Counted from the first letter of the stretch, positions 1 through 12,770 are shown. The stretch: DNA of 64,000 nucleotides from Octopus sinensis (GCF_006345805.1 NC_042998.1:141422001-141486000); one strand, 5' to 3'. Numbers and translations: made by a program. Notes: generated from the letters alone by a model not told the origin.

Positions 1-764
1 CAGGAACTCATGCAAATGTGTGTATGTATATGTATATACCATTACCATTTAACATCAGTTTTCCATGCTAGAATGGGTTGGTTGATATGTATGTGTGTGT
101 CCCCATATGTTAAAGCAGAGGTTCACAGTTTATGATACTAGAATACTGACTGAAAGGGTAAGTGTTCAAATGACATTATAGGTACCACTATTGTGGCTGT
201 GAGAGCAAGATATGAATTAGTAAATATGACACTTCAGAGCTTTTCAAGTCCCTCATTCCTGCTTCATATTTGACAGAGATGTCAGTCAAAAACCATTAAA
301 AATTTGTGCCAATAATAAATGCAGATCAAACTGTACATCCAATTTACAATACACACACACACACACACACATTCTTTTAAGCATATCAGCCCAAAGGCTA
401 AGAAAATAAAAAAGAGGTCAAGTATAATCAAATATAAGTATCTACAGGAAATATAAAGAATTCTCATTCCAAGCTAAAAATATATTTATAGATATATTTT
501 AAGAAAGAAAAAAACCCCACCAAAAACAAAACAAAGAACCCAATTTCCTTTTCCTCTCCTCATTGATGTCACAGTCAGTCTTGCCTTTATTTTTATGCAC
601 CAAGAAGCCATATTTTGTGCAGGAGATGCTGTCTACTTGGTTTACTAACCTTAATTTTTACAGTTTGATATATAATCTTTAAGTTAGGGGATCTACAGAG
701 GCATAGATATTTACTATTGCTGCTGCTGTTGCTAGCAATAGTAGCTGCACTGCTTCCACCACCA

Positions 765-962
765 TTTAGAGACTGTCTTCTATATTAGCATGGGTTGGGT
801 GGTCTGACAGAATGCGAAAAACCAGAGGCCTGCATTGAGCTCCAGTATCAGTTTTGACAATTTCTATGGCTAGATGTCCTTGCTGATGCCAACCACTTTA
901 TACAGAGCATATTGGGTGCTTTGTTGTTGTTGTTGTTATGGCACTGGCACTAGTGAGGTTGT
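765..962 (-). mobile_element. Decayed SINE fragment with RTE-type 3' tail
   Basis: Reverse complement of the recurrent tail (gtggttggca..gggcatccagc..aacccatgc) seen many times in the window. Confidence 0.65.
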
Positions 963-1569
963 CAACTCATAAATTTTTAATATTTATGAAGTCTAAATAT
1001 GGATTCCCAGTCTCATTTGTAATGCAACAATTTTTCATTTTTTTTTTTTTACGGTGGAATTGTTTGACACAAATTAGTTGCGATAAATATTGTGATGATT
1101 AGTTTAGTTTCATCAGATATACACCTTTCCCTGCATCCATTCAACTATATAAACAGAAATGTTGGACTACATATTACTCCAACTCAGTTGAGGGTACTCT
1201 CCCTTTTCTGTTGTCTTGGTGACCTCACTAGTACCTGTGTCGCAAAAACATCCACTACATCAGTGTTTCCCAACCTATTTTCCCCTAGTTCCAACTATAA
1301 CTTTCCAGGAAAATGTATGTCCCACTGGTGGTTGGAAAAAAACAACTTCATTTCTAATATATTTTATCACAATTATTTATACAAAAGTATCTACTGGTAA
1401 CTCTATTAAGTACTGAGTACAACAAAAAAGTACATTATTGACTAAGAAAAGAAAAAAGCAAATAACTTTAAAAAGAATCATGAGCTTGGTGACTACAGCA
1501 CCACACCCCACCACAATTTTCCAGGGCCCCACTGGTGGAGCATATGCTCCATGTTGAGAATCACTGAAC

Positions 1570-1850
1570 TACATGCTGTAAAGTGGTTGACATCATAAAA
1601 GGCATCCAGCTGTAGAAATGATGCCAAAGCAGACAGTGGAGCATGATGCAGCCCTGCATTTTGTCAGATCCCATCAAACCATCCAGCCTGTGCTAGCAAG
1701 GAAAAATGGATGGTTAAATGATGATGATGAAGGTTTGAAAAAAATTTGTTTTTCTTATAAGTTCAGGCATAGCTGTGCGGGTCCCTTTACAATCACGTGG
1801 TTTCAGATTCAGTCTTGCCGTGTAGCACCTAGGCCAAGTGTCTATTACTA
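1570..1850 (+). mobile_element. SINE RTE-type tail ending in (GAT)n, followed by a tRNA-derived SINE head
   Basis: gtaaagtggttg..ggcatccagctgtagaa..ttaaatgatgatgatg, then head ggcatagctgtg..ttcagtc..gcacctaggccaagtgtc. Confidence 0.65.
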
Positions 1851-2879
1851 ATGCATAGTAAATTATATAACATTATGCAAATCTGCATTATTACATAGCC
1901 ACTCACTACAGTGTATATTTACATAATGTTATGTAACATGTTATGTAACACACTTTACTTTGGTAATAAATAACCATGCTAATGAAACATGTGTAGTGGT
2001 GTTTTGAGCTATCCATTCTATTTTTTTGTTTGTTTACTAAACAATACACTGAGTAATATGTACCAATTTTATACTATTGATACATACATAGATTTACAAG
2101 ATACTCAGACCAGTAAACAACTGCTTAACTTTTGTAAGGACTGCCGTACTGACCAGTTGAAGGATCTGAAACTTTTTTCTGGACTAATCTGTTAGCCAAA
2201 AGATACATGGTAGGTGCTTCCAAGTTAATTTGCCAAGATTTATTTGATCCCCATTGTATTATTTTAGCAATAAGAGATAGATGGTTTATAAGCCATTAAG
2301 CCCACCAAGTGAATGAAAGCTTTTATCTTCTATAATGCAGTTAGAGCCTATCAACAGCTGGAAACCCATTAGTCTCAATGATAACCAAGGCAAAATTTGA
2401 GCTTTTACAGAGAGTTAATGAAACAGAATTACAGTGCCTCCTGCTGATGCTATGACCATTGAGAAAGGTGATAATTATTTACAGCAAGGTGGATTATATG
2501 TGAATTTTAGTGTGGTTTGCCAAGGACATAAAGCTGTATCAGATAGAGGATATAATAAACTAGTAATCCTTTGGCTAGCAGCCATTCATTAATCCTTCTG
2601 CAGGTAGAATGTTGGTTGCCAGTGGTACTTAGCAAAGCAATGACTTGGTTGTTTTTGCCATTGGTCAATGCCACGTATTCTCCTATTGGCCGAGCATTAA
2701 TATCAAAAACTAACATGTTGAAGCATGGAGAGGTTAAAAGAGATTTTGGTACAGTCATTTTGACACTGCCTTTTCCGAGTTACTGGCTTATTTGATGTTT
2801 TCATATTTTATCCCTGACCATGTCTTTCTATCCCTTCTCACCCTCTTTCTGGTTACATATATGTAAATGCTTCTATTTA

Positions 2880-3207
2880 TGTGTAAGACCCCAAACCCTG
2901 CAGCAGAAGTGTTAAGACTGATCCTTTTAGTGGTATAAAGCACTTGTGGCAGTGTCACATAAAAGTGCCAGTGCGATGCCAGGTAAAAGTGCCTCTGCAG
3001 TGTCACGTAAAAGTGCCTGTGCAGTACCATGTACAAGCACCCAGCACCCGCTGTAAAGTAGTTGGCATTAGGAAGGGCATCCAGCCACAGAAACCATGCC
3101 AAATCAGACTGGAGCTTGGTGATCCCACTTCCCCAGCTTGCCAGCTCTAGTCATGCTGTCCAACCCATGCCAATACGGACAACAGACGTTAAATGATGAT
3201 GATGATG
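2880..3207 (+). mobile_element. SINE with internal ~24-bp tandem units and RTE-type tail
   Basis: About 4 units of gcagtgtcacgtaaaagtgcc at 2949-3050; tail ggaagggcatccagc..caacccatgcc..gacgttaaatgatgatgatg. Confidence 0.75.
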
Positions 3208-3957
3208 TTCAATCAGTAAATTGTAATCTGTCTCTCTTTTCATGTGAATGTGTATTTGCTTCCAGTATCAGGAAAAAAAAAAGGTTGAAAGTCCAGTCAG
3301 TCATGCCAAGTTGCACTTATCGTCTCCTTGTCACTGGAGGGTCCCACTGCATGCTTTCTTGCAAAATTCCCATGGTTTGCATACCATTATGACATATATT
3401 TAGAATGGTATATTTATAGATTTAAGTGTTCAAAAGTAACATAGTAGCCCCTAATGCTTCATGTCATTCTGTTCACCAAAAGCTCATTTTATTTTTTAAT
3501 ATAAAACTTTATCCCATCTGCTTTTAATGTCCAACAGTGCTCTTAAAGAAAATTCTGAGAATAATATTCATCATATTCTATATGTTCCAAATTGGATGTG
3601 CTATACAATATGACGAATATTATTCTCAGAATTTTCTTTGGCAGTGCTGTTGGACATTGGAGGCAGAAACAGCTGTTAGATGGGCTAAGGTTTTGAATTA
3701 AAAAATAATAATCGATGGTAGGCAATTTGTTGTTGTTCAAGAATTTCTCCATTTCCTGCTTAATTTAAATTTGTTCCCTGATAAATTCTTGTTTATTTGT
3801 GATATTGCCTGTACCCTACGAGCATAATATGCTTGCATATGTATGCCCAGAGTTAACATAGGTAATTTATACTGGTAGTAAAACAGATATTCTTATCCCT
3901 CAGCCAGTTATTCCAACCTCTAACCCTACTAACCTATATATAATATAAGAAAAGGAA

Positions 3958-4800
3958 ATAGAGAAATCAACAGATAGACATCAATTAATTAATACAAATC
4001 CAATTTCAAGCAACATCAATTTCTTATAACCTACAATTGTTTCCATGTTCAATTGATTCAAATATCGAATAATTAAATTAATTTAAAGATGTAATTTGAA
4101 TACAGTGAATTGAACATTTTGTCAGGGTTAGAAATTGACAGAAAAAAAGGAATCACATCTCAATGGATCGAGTGGTCATTGCCAGATTCAGCATTAAATT
4201 TAGATGCATGCGTGTATGTATATTAATGTTCTAACAAAAAAAAAAGCTACTTGCATATATGCTATTTTGTTTTATTATTTTTATTGTATTTGTGTGCATG
4301 TTAATATATTTGAAAAACAAAAGAACCCTAAGATTGGATAAACAATACCTTCGATACAGTTAACGGTAAGCAAAACTATTTATTCTTAAATTTTCATTAT
4401 TACCTGTGAGAATATGAATGCTAGGATAGCTTTTTAGCTACTTAAGAATTTTATTAAGTCACTTAGTCAAAACTGCTAGTTTTAATTTATATTATTTAAA
4501 CTATAGTTATTGTTTACCGTTAAGAACATTAATATACACATGAACACACATCTGAGTTTACTATTGAATATAACAATAATCACTCGATCCATTGAGATGG
4601 GATTCCTTTTTTCGGTCAATTTCTAACCCTGATGAAATGCTCAATTCACTGAATTCAAATTACATCTTTAATTCAATTTAATTATTTGATATTTGAATTA
4701 ATTGAATATGGAAACAATTGTAGGTTATAAGAAATTGATGTTGCTTGAAATTGGATTTGTATTAATGAATTGATGTCTATCTGTCATTTTCTCCATTTTC
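3958..4800. repeat. Long inverted repeat (~220-bp arms 3958-4181 and 4576-4800), Penelope-like pLTR remnant
   Basis: Arms are near reverse complements (e.g. catctcaatggatcgagtg / cactcgatccattgagatg); each arm carries a hammerhead motif. Confidence 0.9.
4624..4727 (+). ncRNA. Type I hammerhead ribozyme motif with long stem II
   Basis: taacc-CTGATGA-[atgctcaatt..aattgaatat]-GAAAC-aatt-GTA-ggtta; stem I taacc/ggtta; palindromic stem III ACAATTGT. Mirror copy on minus strand at 4027-4130 has CTGACAA. Confidence 0.75.
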
Positions 4801-4943
4801 TAAATGATAATATACCCATCTGCATCAATGAAAAACTAATATCTTTTTAATATCTCACTGATACACTGGATAAAACCGGGAACTTTGATGCTAACATCCC
4901 TCTAAGAGGTATTTATATCCTTGCAATAATATATATATATATA

Positions 4944-5499
4944 TATGAGTGCAATGGGTATATTGTCACCATTTTATATTTTTTATTTTGTGTGCACATA
5001 TTTTGTTTTTGATTTTGTTGACTACACAGTATATGAGGATCAGTTGGGCACTGTTTGTGAGAAAAACAGTACTATAACGCAATTCACTCTGCCAGAAATT
5101 TGGAAACGACATGCTGTACTGCTTGGCATACGTGCTGGAAGCTCCAATGCAAAAATATACCAGTAGGAACATTACCTAGAGTGGTGAAAATTAAACATCC
5201 AGTCAACATCATGGTGTTTGGAGTCATCACTAGTGATAGCGATGATATGCCTCCATTCATCTTCCCACACAGCCTCAGACTCTACATGGGGGCCTACAGC
5301 AAGTGCCTGGAGAAGGTAGTACTCTCCTGGGTCAAGAGGGTGGCTGTTGGAAGACCCTATGTCTGGCAACAGGACTCTGTACCATGCCACACAAACAGGA
5401 GAACCCAGTCATGGCTATCAGACAATCTCTGTGACCACATCACCCAAAACATCTGGCCACTTAACTCCCCAGACTTCAAACCCCTTGATTATTATTTGT
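4944..5499 (+). mobile_element. maT-type (DD37D) Tc1/mariner remnant, internally deleted and 3'-truncated
   Basis: Translation ..VWQQDSVPCH..WPLNSPDFKPLDY has 37 residues between the 2nd and 3rd catalytic Asp; same family as 23591-24427. Confidence 0.85.
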
Positions 5500-5695
5500 A
5501 AGCCAACAATTTCAAGGAGGAGGGACAAGTTGATCACATTTATCCCAGTACTCAACTGGTACCCTACTGACCCCAGATGGACGAAAGGCAAAGTTGATCT
5601 CAGTGGGATTTGAACTTGGAATGTAAAGATCTGGAAAAAAAAATGCTGCTGAGCATTTTCTCTGATGTGTTAACAATTCTGCTAGCTCAGTTCCT
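5500..5695 (-). mobile_element. tRNA-derived SINE (GGCGGCGAGCTGGCAGAA-head family), CpG-decayed
   Basis: cccagtactcaactggtac..gaaaggcaaagttga..tttgaact..ctgctagctc matches other copies of the family. Confidence 0.8.
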
Positions 5696-5767
5696 TTAAT
5701 ACAGTATCAGGAGAGAGGCTTATAAAATACAAAACCAAGAAGGAGATTAGTGAATCACAATACTTAC

Positions 5768-5891
5768 CACAGTGAAGATGAAAATCCAGAGCTGATCCAA
5801 GCATACGACAGATTATTAACTACATTTGTAAGGGAGTGTCTTTTAGGAGTCCGATACCATGCGCCCCATTCATTTTTATTTGGAATCATTC
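5768..5891 (-). CDS. Candidate internal exon (124 nt) of an unidentified minus-strand host gene
   Basis: Acceptor ttttgtttgttgccag and donor GTG|gtaagt; one open frame (phase 1) MIPNKNEWGAWYRTPKRHSLTNVVNNLSYAWISSGFSSSL; CpGs retained in a CpG-poor region. Could be UTR. Confidence 0.5.
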
Positions 5892-6953
5892 CTGGCAACA
5901 AACAAAATACATAAATATAAACACAAAATATATAAAAAAAAAAAAAAAAAGATAGATGCTACACCTCATAGCATTCATTTACATGAATGCATTCTTCAGA
6001 TATGATGCCAATAGAAATAATGTAGATGAAATAAAGTAGAATGAAACAAATAAATAAATAAGCAAAATCCACGTGCACCCTGTCACCACCATCTTTATCT
6101 CCCTTTCAGTTCACTTTTACCCAGACATCTGCACTTGTCCCTCTAACATACTTTAGCCTGTCAGTACCTGGCATAAAACCACCCCTTTCAAATACATTCC
6201 CCACTCAGTCAAGGGTTTTTTCTTCCTTCCCTTTTATTTTGTCTTGCAAGTTACTTGGTAATCCCATTAATGCCAATATGAAAAAAAAAAAAAAAAAGCA
6301 CCCAGTACACATTGTAAAGTGATTGGTGTAAAGAAGGGCATCCAGCATTTCAAAGCTGGCATGGGACCTGATGCAGATCTGAAGCTTGTCAGACACTGTC
6401 AAACTACTGAACCTATGTTAATATGGAAAACAGACACTAGATAATGATAATGATGGTGAATGGAAGCAGATATTTCAAAGATCAACAAAATAAATAAAAA
6501 AATAAATATCTGACAGCAATCTGGTCCAACTTATTGTCCAAACATTACTTCATAAAATAGAGGACAAGACAAACCTTATTTTTGGTAAAAGATGCTTTTG
6601 GCTCTTGAGAAAATAACAAAACACTTTAAGAAAATAGACTACAAAATCATAAACTTTAGTTTTATGTTTCTTTATAGCTACCGAGGCAGCAACTACAAAA
6701 AGGGATTACTAGGCAGATTTAATCCAATTCAGGCTATCTTACTACTGACACAGAATTTACTAAGTAGTAGCACAAGACATTACAGAGTTACCAATGAGAA
6801 ATTTTATTTCTTTTGTTAAGTGATAGAAAAAGAATAAATTAAGATACAAAACCTAGAGACATGGTTTATTTTAAGCACAAGCTAAAAATAAAAACAAGTT
6901 CTCAATAAATAATATACATCATTTTAGTTTCCTGTCATTAAAGTTCATCTCTC

Positions 6954-6999
<46 letters not shown>

Positions 7000-7025
7000 T
7001 TGTAGTGAAGTTATGAAAAAAATGT

Positions 7026-7400
7026 GCAGGCATGGCTGCATCTATGTGATTAAGAAGCTTGCTTTGCTTTGCAACTACATGGTTTCTGCTTCAGTCCCAA
7101 TACATGGCACTTTGGGCTAGTGTCTTCTACTATATCTCCCATGTAGATTAATGCTTTGTGAATGAATTTGGTAGTTGGAAATTGTGTGGAAGCCTGTCAT
7201 ACACACACACATATATATGTGTGTATGTGCTTGTCTTGACATTGCATCACAGTTCTGACTGAGTGTCACTGTCATATAAGCAGTGTCATTCATTTCCAAT
7301 ATTCTGCTAAAACATGCCTAGCTATGGGGAAATATCACCTTGCTTGGGAGCAGGTGAAGAGGGTTGGTTACCCTAGGAAAATAGACATTAAAATAATGAT
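7026..7400 (+). mobile_element. tRNA-derived SINE (ggcatggctgtgtgg-head family) with RTE-type tail
   Basis: Head ..ttcagtccca..ggcactttggg..gtgtcttctactata; body and tail as in other copies. Confidence 0.75.
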
Positions 7401-7879
7401 ATGTGTGTGTAAACATTAGTATATGATCACACATTTAGTGAAAGTAATTTAATCATTTGATTTTACTCCATTACTCAACAGGTATTTATCATATTTTATA
7501 AGAAGCACATTTTTTTACCACAAATTTTTAAACTTAAAAAGGAAGGCTGCAAATTAAACATGGCAACTAAATGTTACTCAGTGAAGTGTGTTGCCATATT
7601 AGGAATCACATGGATGGAAGTTAGTAAGTTAGATCTATTGTTTGAGTGAACTGTAGGGTAATAAATATTAAATCCACTAAAATAATGCGAAATTTTTCTA
7701 TGATAATTATAATGTTTGGCACATCAGGCAAGGGTCATGTTCTGTGGAATTAAGTCAACAACCTTCAGTACAGGTGTAATGGTGAAATAAACACCAGAGA
7801 TGCTTTGCCCGACACAGAAGCTACAGGAGTTACTCAGGAGCTTTTCTAAGCTCTTCTAAATCTATTATGATGCTGGAAA

Positions 7880-8640
7880 CCCTTCTGTATTGTCAGCAGG
7901 TATCTCAGGACTCAGGATCAAACATTTTGCCACTTAACCTATAAATCTCATCTGAGTGGGGCAGCAAGGACTGAGCTAGTCTTCACCTACAAAAGGGTTT
8001 CACTTGTGGTCTCTTACCAACCATAGCAATCATAAGCTAGTTTCAGCTGCTGTTCCTATTTCCTTGATGGCTTTCTTCAGTTGTCAGTGCACTAATATAG
8101 ATGGAAATCTGTGGCAACTGAATTCAATGGGGAATGAGGCCACATTCTGTACAAGGGCCTCCTTGACTAAGTGCTGATATTTCAATTTCTTTACCAGGTA
8201 GCAAATATTGAGTCTGTCTTCCAGGGCACTGCAAGTTTGACTGCAATGATTGTTTTTAAAATTTCTGTAGAGCAGGAACATGTCATGCTGGAGTAATGTT
8301 ACCACTATCTCCTCTGAGAAGACAGATCTGCTCCTCAGGTTTACTTGCATCTCCCAACCTGAGGCTAAATGCAAAATAGAAAATGGGGTCCCCTTCCATT
8401 TGCCTTTACCTTGCGAGCTTTGTCACCTTTCTTTAAGAATATGATACCCTTTGGTGCATATTAGCCTTCGCTCTTTGCAGATCAGTTCACTTGACAATTT
8501 CTGCAAGAACTTTGTCATGACTCCCCTTGTATTGGCCTTTCCCAGCCAAAATGTGATCCAGAGTGCAAAGAGTTGTTCCATACCGCTTGTAAGATGAGTC
8601 TTTGTTTTTACTCCATATTTTAAGGTTGTTTTGGAAGGGA
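7880..8640 (-). mobile_element. Degenerate 3' end of an RLE-type non-LTR retrotransposon (HERO-like)
   Basis: Minus-strand translations TLDHILAG..GQYKGSHDKVLAEI (Zn-knuckle/RHD region), ASGWEMQVNL..VFSEEIVVTLLQHDM (LRPD region), EDRL..KKLKYQHLV..FPIEFSCHRFP, KKAIKEIGTAAETS..WLVR; frameshifted. Confidence 0.75.
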
Positions 8641-9046
8641 CATGAACAGTTTTTTAAAGCAATTACCATAAATCTAACTAAACAGTTCTTTTTCTATACA
8701 CCGTAATACCAAACAAACATTATGCGTAATTCACGTGACATACTGTTTTTCTGGAATTTCATAATTCACAAACAAAAAGTAGAGAGCACATTTAGTATGA
8801 ATGCATGTTATATATGGATAAATACATTATTTTATTGACCTTGGGAGGATGAAAAGCAAAGTCAACCTTAGGCAGGATTTAAAATTCAAACATAAATGGG
8901 CCCAACTATTTTTATTTGGTGCACTGTGACTCTGCCATTTATTGCTCTGAAGAAATCTGTAACCAAATGTCAGAAGAATACTCATGGCAGAAAAAAAGGT
9001 GACCAAAATACTTGACAAATAATTATGACAAACCTAAGAATGCTGG

Positions 9047-9256
9047 TTAACCCTTTGACATTCAGATTATTCTGTTAATGTAATAATGCGTATTTATCCA
9101 TATTGCTTTGAATTAATCATGACTTATATTGTAGTTTCAAGATTTTGATGATGTAGAAGTTTATGTTTAGAATAACACTGTAGGATAGTTGTGGAGGGCC
9201 AGATCTGGCTACTTTGAACTTAAAGCAAGCAGAATATCTTGGCTGGATTAAATGAA
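9047..9256 (+). mobile_element. piggyBac-type MITE (TTAA|CCCT end), partial
   Basis: Starts ttaaccctttgacattcagatta; same family as 34469-34696 and 63614-63841. Confidence 0.7.
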
Positions 9257-10239
9257 ATGATATAGGATTTAGTGAGATATACCAAACAGTAAACTAGGCT
9301 AATCCATATCACTATGAATTAAAACAGTTGAAGAAATGATAGCAACAACACTATATCCAGGCCTTTCTTTCTCCAAATGCATTCTTTGGATTCACCTACA
9401 GCTTCCCCCTGTTCCTCTCTTCCCGTCCTATCTCCACTGTCTCCAGATCTGGGATGCTTTGGCAGCATTCATACTATTCTTCCCCTTCTCCCTACCTGTT
9501 ATCTCTTTCTTCCTCATTGCTCTCACTGCCTTATTTTCCCCACACTGCCTCCTCAACACCTCTCATTTTTCACTTTGTTCCCCTCCTCAGATCCGTTCCC
9601 AAGATCACCACAACTCTCTTTCCTTTAATGATTGTCTCAGGATTTCTCTCCACCCTAGTCCCATGCTCCTTCCTGTTCCATTTTCTTCCATCAACATTTA
9701 CCTTAACAATGAACAGTAATTTCAGAACAACACAAACACACCCGATCACCTTTCCATACTGTCCCCAACTTTTTTTTCAATAACCCCTGATTCTAATCCC
9801 TTCTTGTTCCCTCCTATATCAAGTTAACATTTTATAATCATTCCCTGAGTATTAGTTTATTGTTAGTATGTTAAATCCTGGATGTTCTAAGCCAATTTAA
9901 AACTGAATGAGAATTGTTATTTAGTATTATCTGGATTTAAGAGGAGTTTCAGGTATATATATATATATATGGGGGTGTGTGTACATATAGCTTCAAGTCT
10001 GAGCTTGTGAATGTAACTTATTAACAATTGGAACTTTGCCAATCACTCTCATGATCTTCTCTTCTTCTGAATGTCCAACAGTACTCCTCTAATGTGAGTT
10101 TTACTTAAGCTTTTGTAATCGAAACTGAAGTACTTTACTCAAGTAAAAGACAGGCAATTCAGCATTACCCCTTCATCCATATATTCGATGTTTGTTAGGA
10201 TGTTTTCTGGGAGCATTTTAAATCCTGGAAGTGTTTGGC

Positions 10240-10270
<31 letters not shown>

Positions 10271-10284
10271 TAACAACAACAATG

Positions 10285-10700
10285 GTCCATTCTACTACAA
10301 GCACAAGGCCTAAAGTTTTGTAGAAAGGGGTTAGTTGATTACGTCAACCCCAGTGTGCAACTGGTACTTTATTTTATAAACCCGAATAGGATGAAAGGTA
10401 AAGTCAACCTTGGTGGCATTTGAACTCAGATTGTAGCGATGGGTGAAATACTGCTATGCATTTTGCCTGCATGCTAACGATTTTGCCAGCTTGCCACCTT
10501 AATAATAATAATAATTGTTTCTTCTAGAAGCATACAAGTTTGAAATTTTGAGGAGAGGGGGTGGGAAGTTGATTTCATCAAATCTGAAAGGATGAAAGGC
10601 AAAGTTGATCCTGGTGGAATTCAAACTTAAAGTGCAAAGATGGACAAAATGCCCTTAAGCATTTTTCCCAGCATGCTAATGATTCTACCAGCTCACTACC
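10285..10700 (-). mobile_element. Two tandem SINEs (GGCGGCGAGCTGGCAGAA-head family) embedded in (AAT)n
   Basis: Two successive matches to ..ggatgaaaggcaaagt..tttgaactcaga..catgctaa..gccagct. Confidence 0.8.
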
Positions 10701-10703
10701 TAC

Positions 10704-10805
10704 ATGATGATGATGATGATGATGATGATGAGTAGAAGAAGAAGAAGAAGAAGAAGAAGAAGAAGAAGAAGAAGAAGAAAAAGAAGAAGAAGAAGGTGGT
10801 GGTGG
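10704..10805. repeat. (GAT)n-(GAA)n-(GGT)n compound trinucleotide repeat
   Basis: Direct reading. Confidence 0.95.
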
Positions 10806-11776
10806 TAGCTATGTTGATATCAATCAAGCAGTTGAAAACTAATGGTGAGAAAAATAAACTTAGTAGAGTTTATTTATGAACTCATAGGAGCAACACCAAA
10901 TAACTTGAATTTCAATTTTAATACTAAGCCTCCAAAACACTGAGTTACCTGTCTTTTATTTGAGGAGTTAAAGTACTTTAGTTCTGATTACAAAACTTAA
11001 GTAACACTCACATTAGAGGAGTACTGTTGCACATCCAGAAGAAGGTCATTAGACTGATTGGCTAAGTTCCAATTATTAGTAAGTTACATTCACAAGCTCA
11101 GACTAGCAAGTCTTATATATATATAATATATCTACACAGACGTGCATACATATTTTTTTATATAGCTACAACAATTGACTCTGTTCCTCTCAACTAGAAA
11201 TATGTTTATCACTGCCACCCAAGCTCACCAATCTCTTCTCTTGTCATTCCAATAGTGTCTTATCCACCGAAATACCACACAAAATATTTTACCCAAATAT
11301 GCCTCCCAAGACTGCTTGCAGGCTTCTGAAATTCTTTCCCCTACCAGTTCTTCTCACAGATGTTGACCTCCAAAAAGAGAAAACCTTGTACTCCCCTCCC
11401 CTCCACTGACTAAAATAACAGAATAGTAAAGCTGTCTCTCTTTGACACCAACTTATAAATATTGGTTTCTACTGGCTGGGCAGAGAAATTTTGCTTGTAC
11501 AAAGAAATGGACATAAGAAACCTATGTCCAGAGCAAGAAATTTTCTCCATGACAAAACACAGAGAATTGCTTTCTTACAAGTTCAAACATGTCTCAAGCA
11601 TATTTGAATGGGTAACAAAAGTTTGTATTTATACACTTCACTGCTTAGCGTTTTCACCCTGCATTTTATTTAAGGTGACCTGATAACTAATGTAACTAGT
11701 CACTGTATAATAACAAGACTATAATCAGAGGGACCAGTCTCTCTTTTGACAGTTCACAGTATCTGCCTTTCTGGTC

Positions 11777-11826
11777 ACTGGTGCTGAAGAGGAGATAACT
11801 ACTCCAAAATGCATGCATCCACCAGT
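11777..11826 (+). ncRNA. CpG-decayed type I hammerhead motif, between ~100-bp direct repeats at 11533-11630 and 11881-11977
   Basis: actggtg-CTGAAGA-ggag(ataacta)ctcc-AAAAT-gcatgc-ATC-caccagt; reverting three CpG transitions gives ctccGAAACGCATGCGTCcacc; 7-bp stem I. Confidence 0.7.
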
Positions 11827-11987
11827 CTGGTTTGAGAACGCTGCAAACTGACTTGATGTGTTTACACCTGTCTGTCTATAGCAAGAAATTTTCTCCGTGC
11901 CAAAATACAGTGAATGACTTTCTTATGGGTTCAAATATACCTCAAGCATATATGAACTGGTAACAAGTTTGTATTTAAACGAAGTTA

Positions 11988-12360
11988 TGGGCACGGCTGT
12001 GTGGTTAGAAGCTTGCTTCCTAACCACATGATTCTGGTTTTAGTCTCACTGCGTGGCACCTTGAGCCTTAGGCTGACCAAAGTCTTGTGAGTGAATTTGG
12101 GAGACAGAAACTGAAAGAAGCCTGTTGTATATATACATTTATATGCGTATATCAATGTGCATGTGACTTTGTGTTTGTTCCCCCCCCCATCACTGCTTGT
12201 TGGTGTTTTCCTCTCTGCAACTTAGCAGTTTGGCAAAAGAGTTTGATAGAATAAGTACTAAGCTTAAAGAATAACTCCTGGGGTTGATTTGTTGGACCAA
12301 AATCCTTCAAGGCAGTGCTCCAGCATGGCTGCAGTCAAATGACTGAAACCAGTAAAAGAA
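11988..12360 (+). mobile_element. Full-length tRNA-derived SINE (ggctgtgtgg head, ..gactgaaac..gtaaaaga tail)
   Basis: Collinear with the younger copy at 45221-45612. Confidence 0.85.
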
Positions 12361-12384
12361 TACTTGTGTTTCTGGAGAGAGAAT

Positions 12385-12770
12385 TTACCCTTTTGATACC
12401 AACCTGCCAAACATTGTCCTTGATTCTGTGATACAAATGTCCTGTTTTAAAATGATCAAAATTAAAACTCTCCATTTAAATTTCATTTTAACTTATGTTA
12501 CAGGCACCAGCTTAATAATGACAATTATTGTATAAAATTCATCATTTCCAAAATTAAGAGGAACAAAGACAGTATATTTCAACAGAAATATGGTACCAAA
12601 AGGATTAAAGTGATCTAAATTAAAACTGTTATTAATCTCATGTTAATTTACATTCCAAATATCAGCTAAATAACGAATAAATTAATTTGCTAAATTCTTT
12701 ATTATTTTCAAAATAAATTGAAACAAATACAATATATTTCAACAAAATATGATAAAAAAAAAAAGGTAAA
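12385..12770 (+). mobile_element. piggyBac-type MITE (second family) with tandem duplication of its right half
   Basis: cccttttgatacc..ggtaccaaaaggattaa, then repeat of gatctaaattaaaact..tatatttcaacaaaatatg. Confidence 0.6.

Larger units (their letters stand above)
9995..11105. repeat. Inverted repeat (~170-bp arms 9995-10166 and 10937-11105) enclosing two SINEs and trinucleotide tracts
   Basis: gtctgagcttgtgaatgtaactta / taagttacattcacaagctcagac; caacagtactcctctaatgtgag / ctcacattagaggagtactgttg. Confidence 0.85.

Noticed and set aside
9336-9810. Hydrophobic 'membrane protein' ORFs (also 13274-13811, 60520-60702)
   Set aside because: Arise from degenerate pyrimidine- or purine-rich low-complexity tracts.
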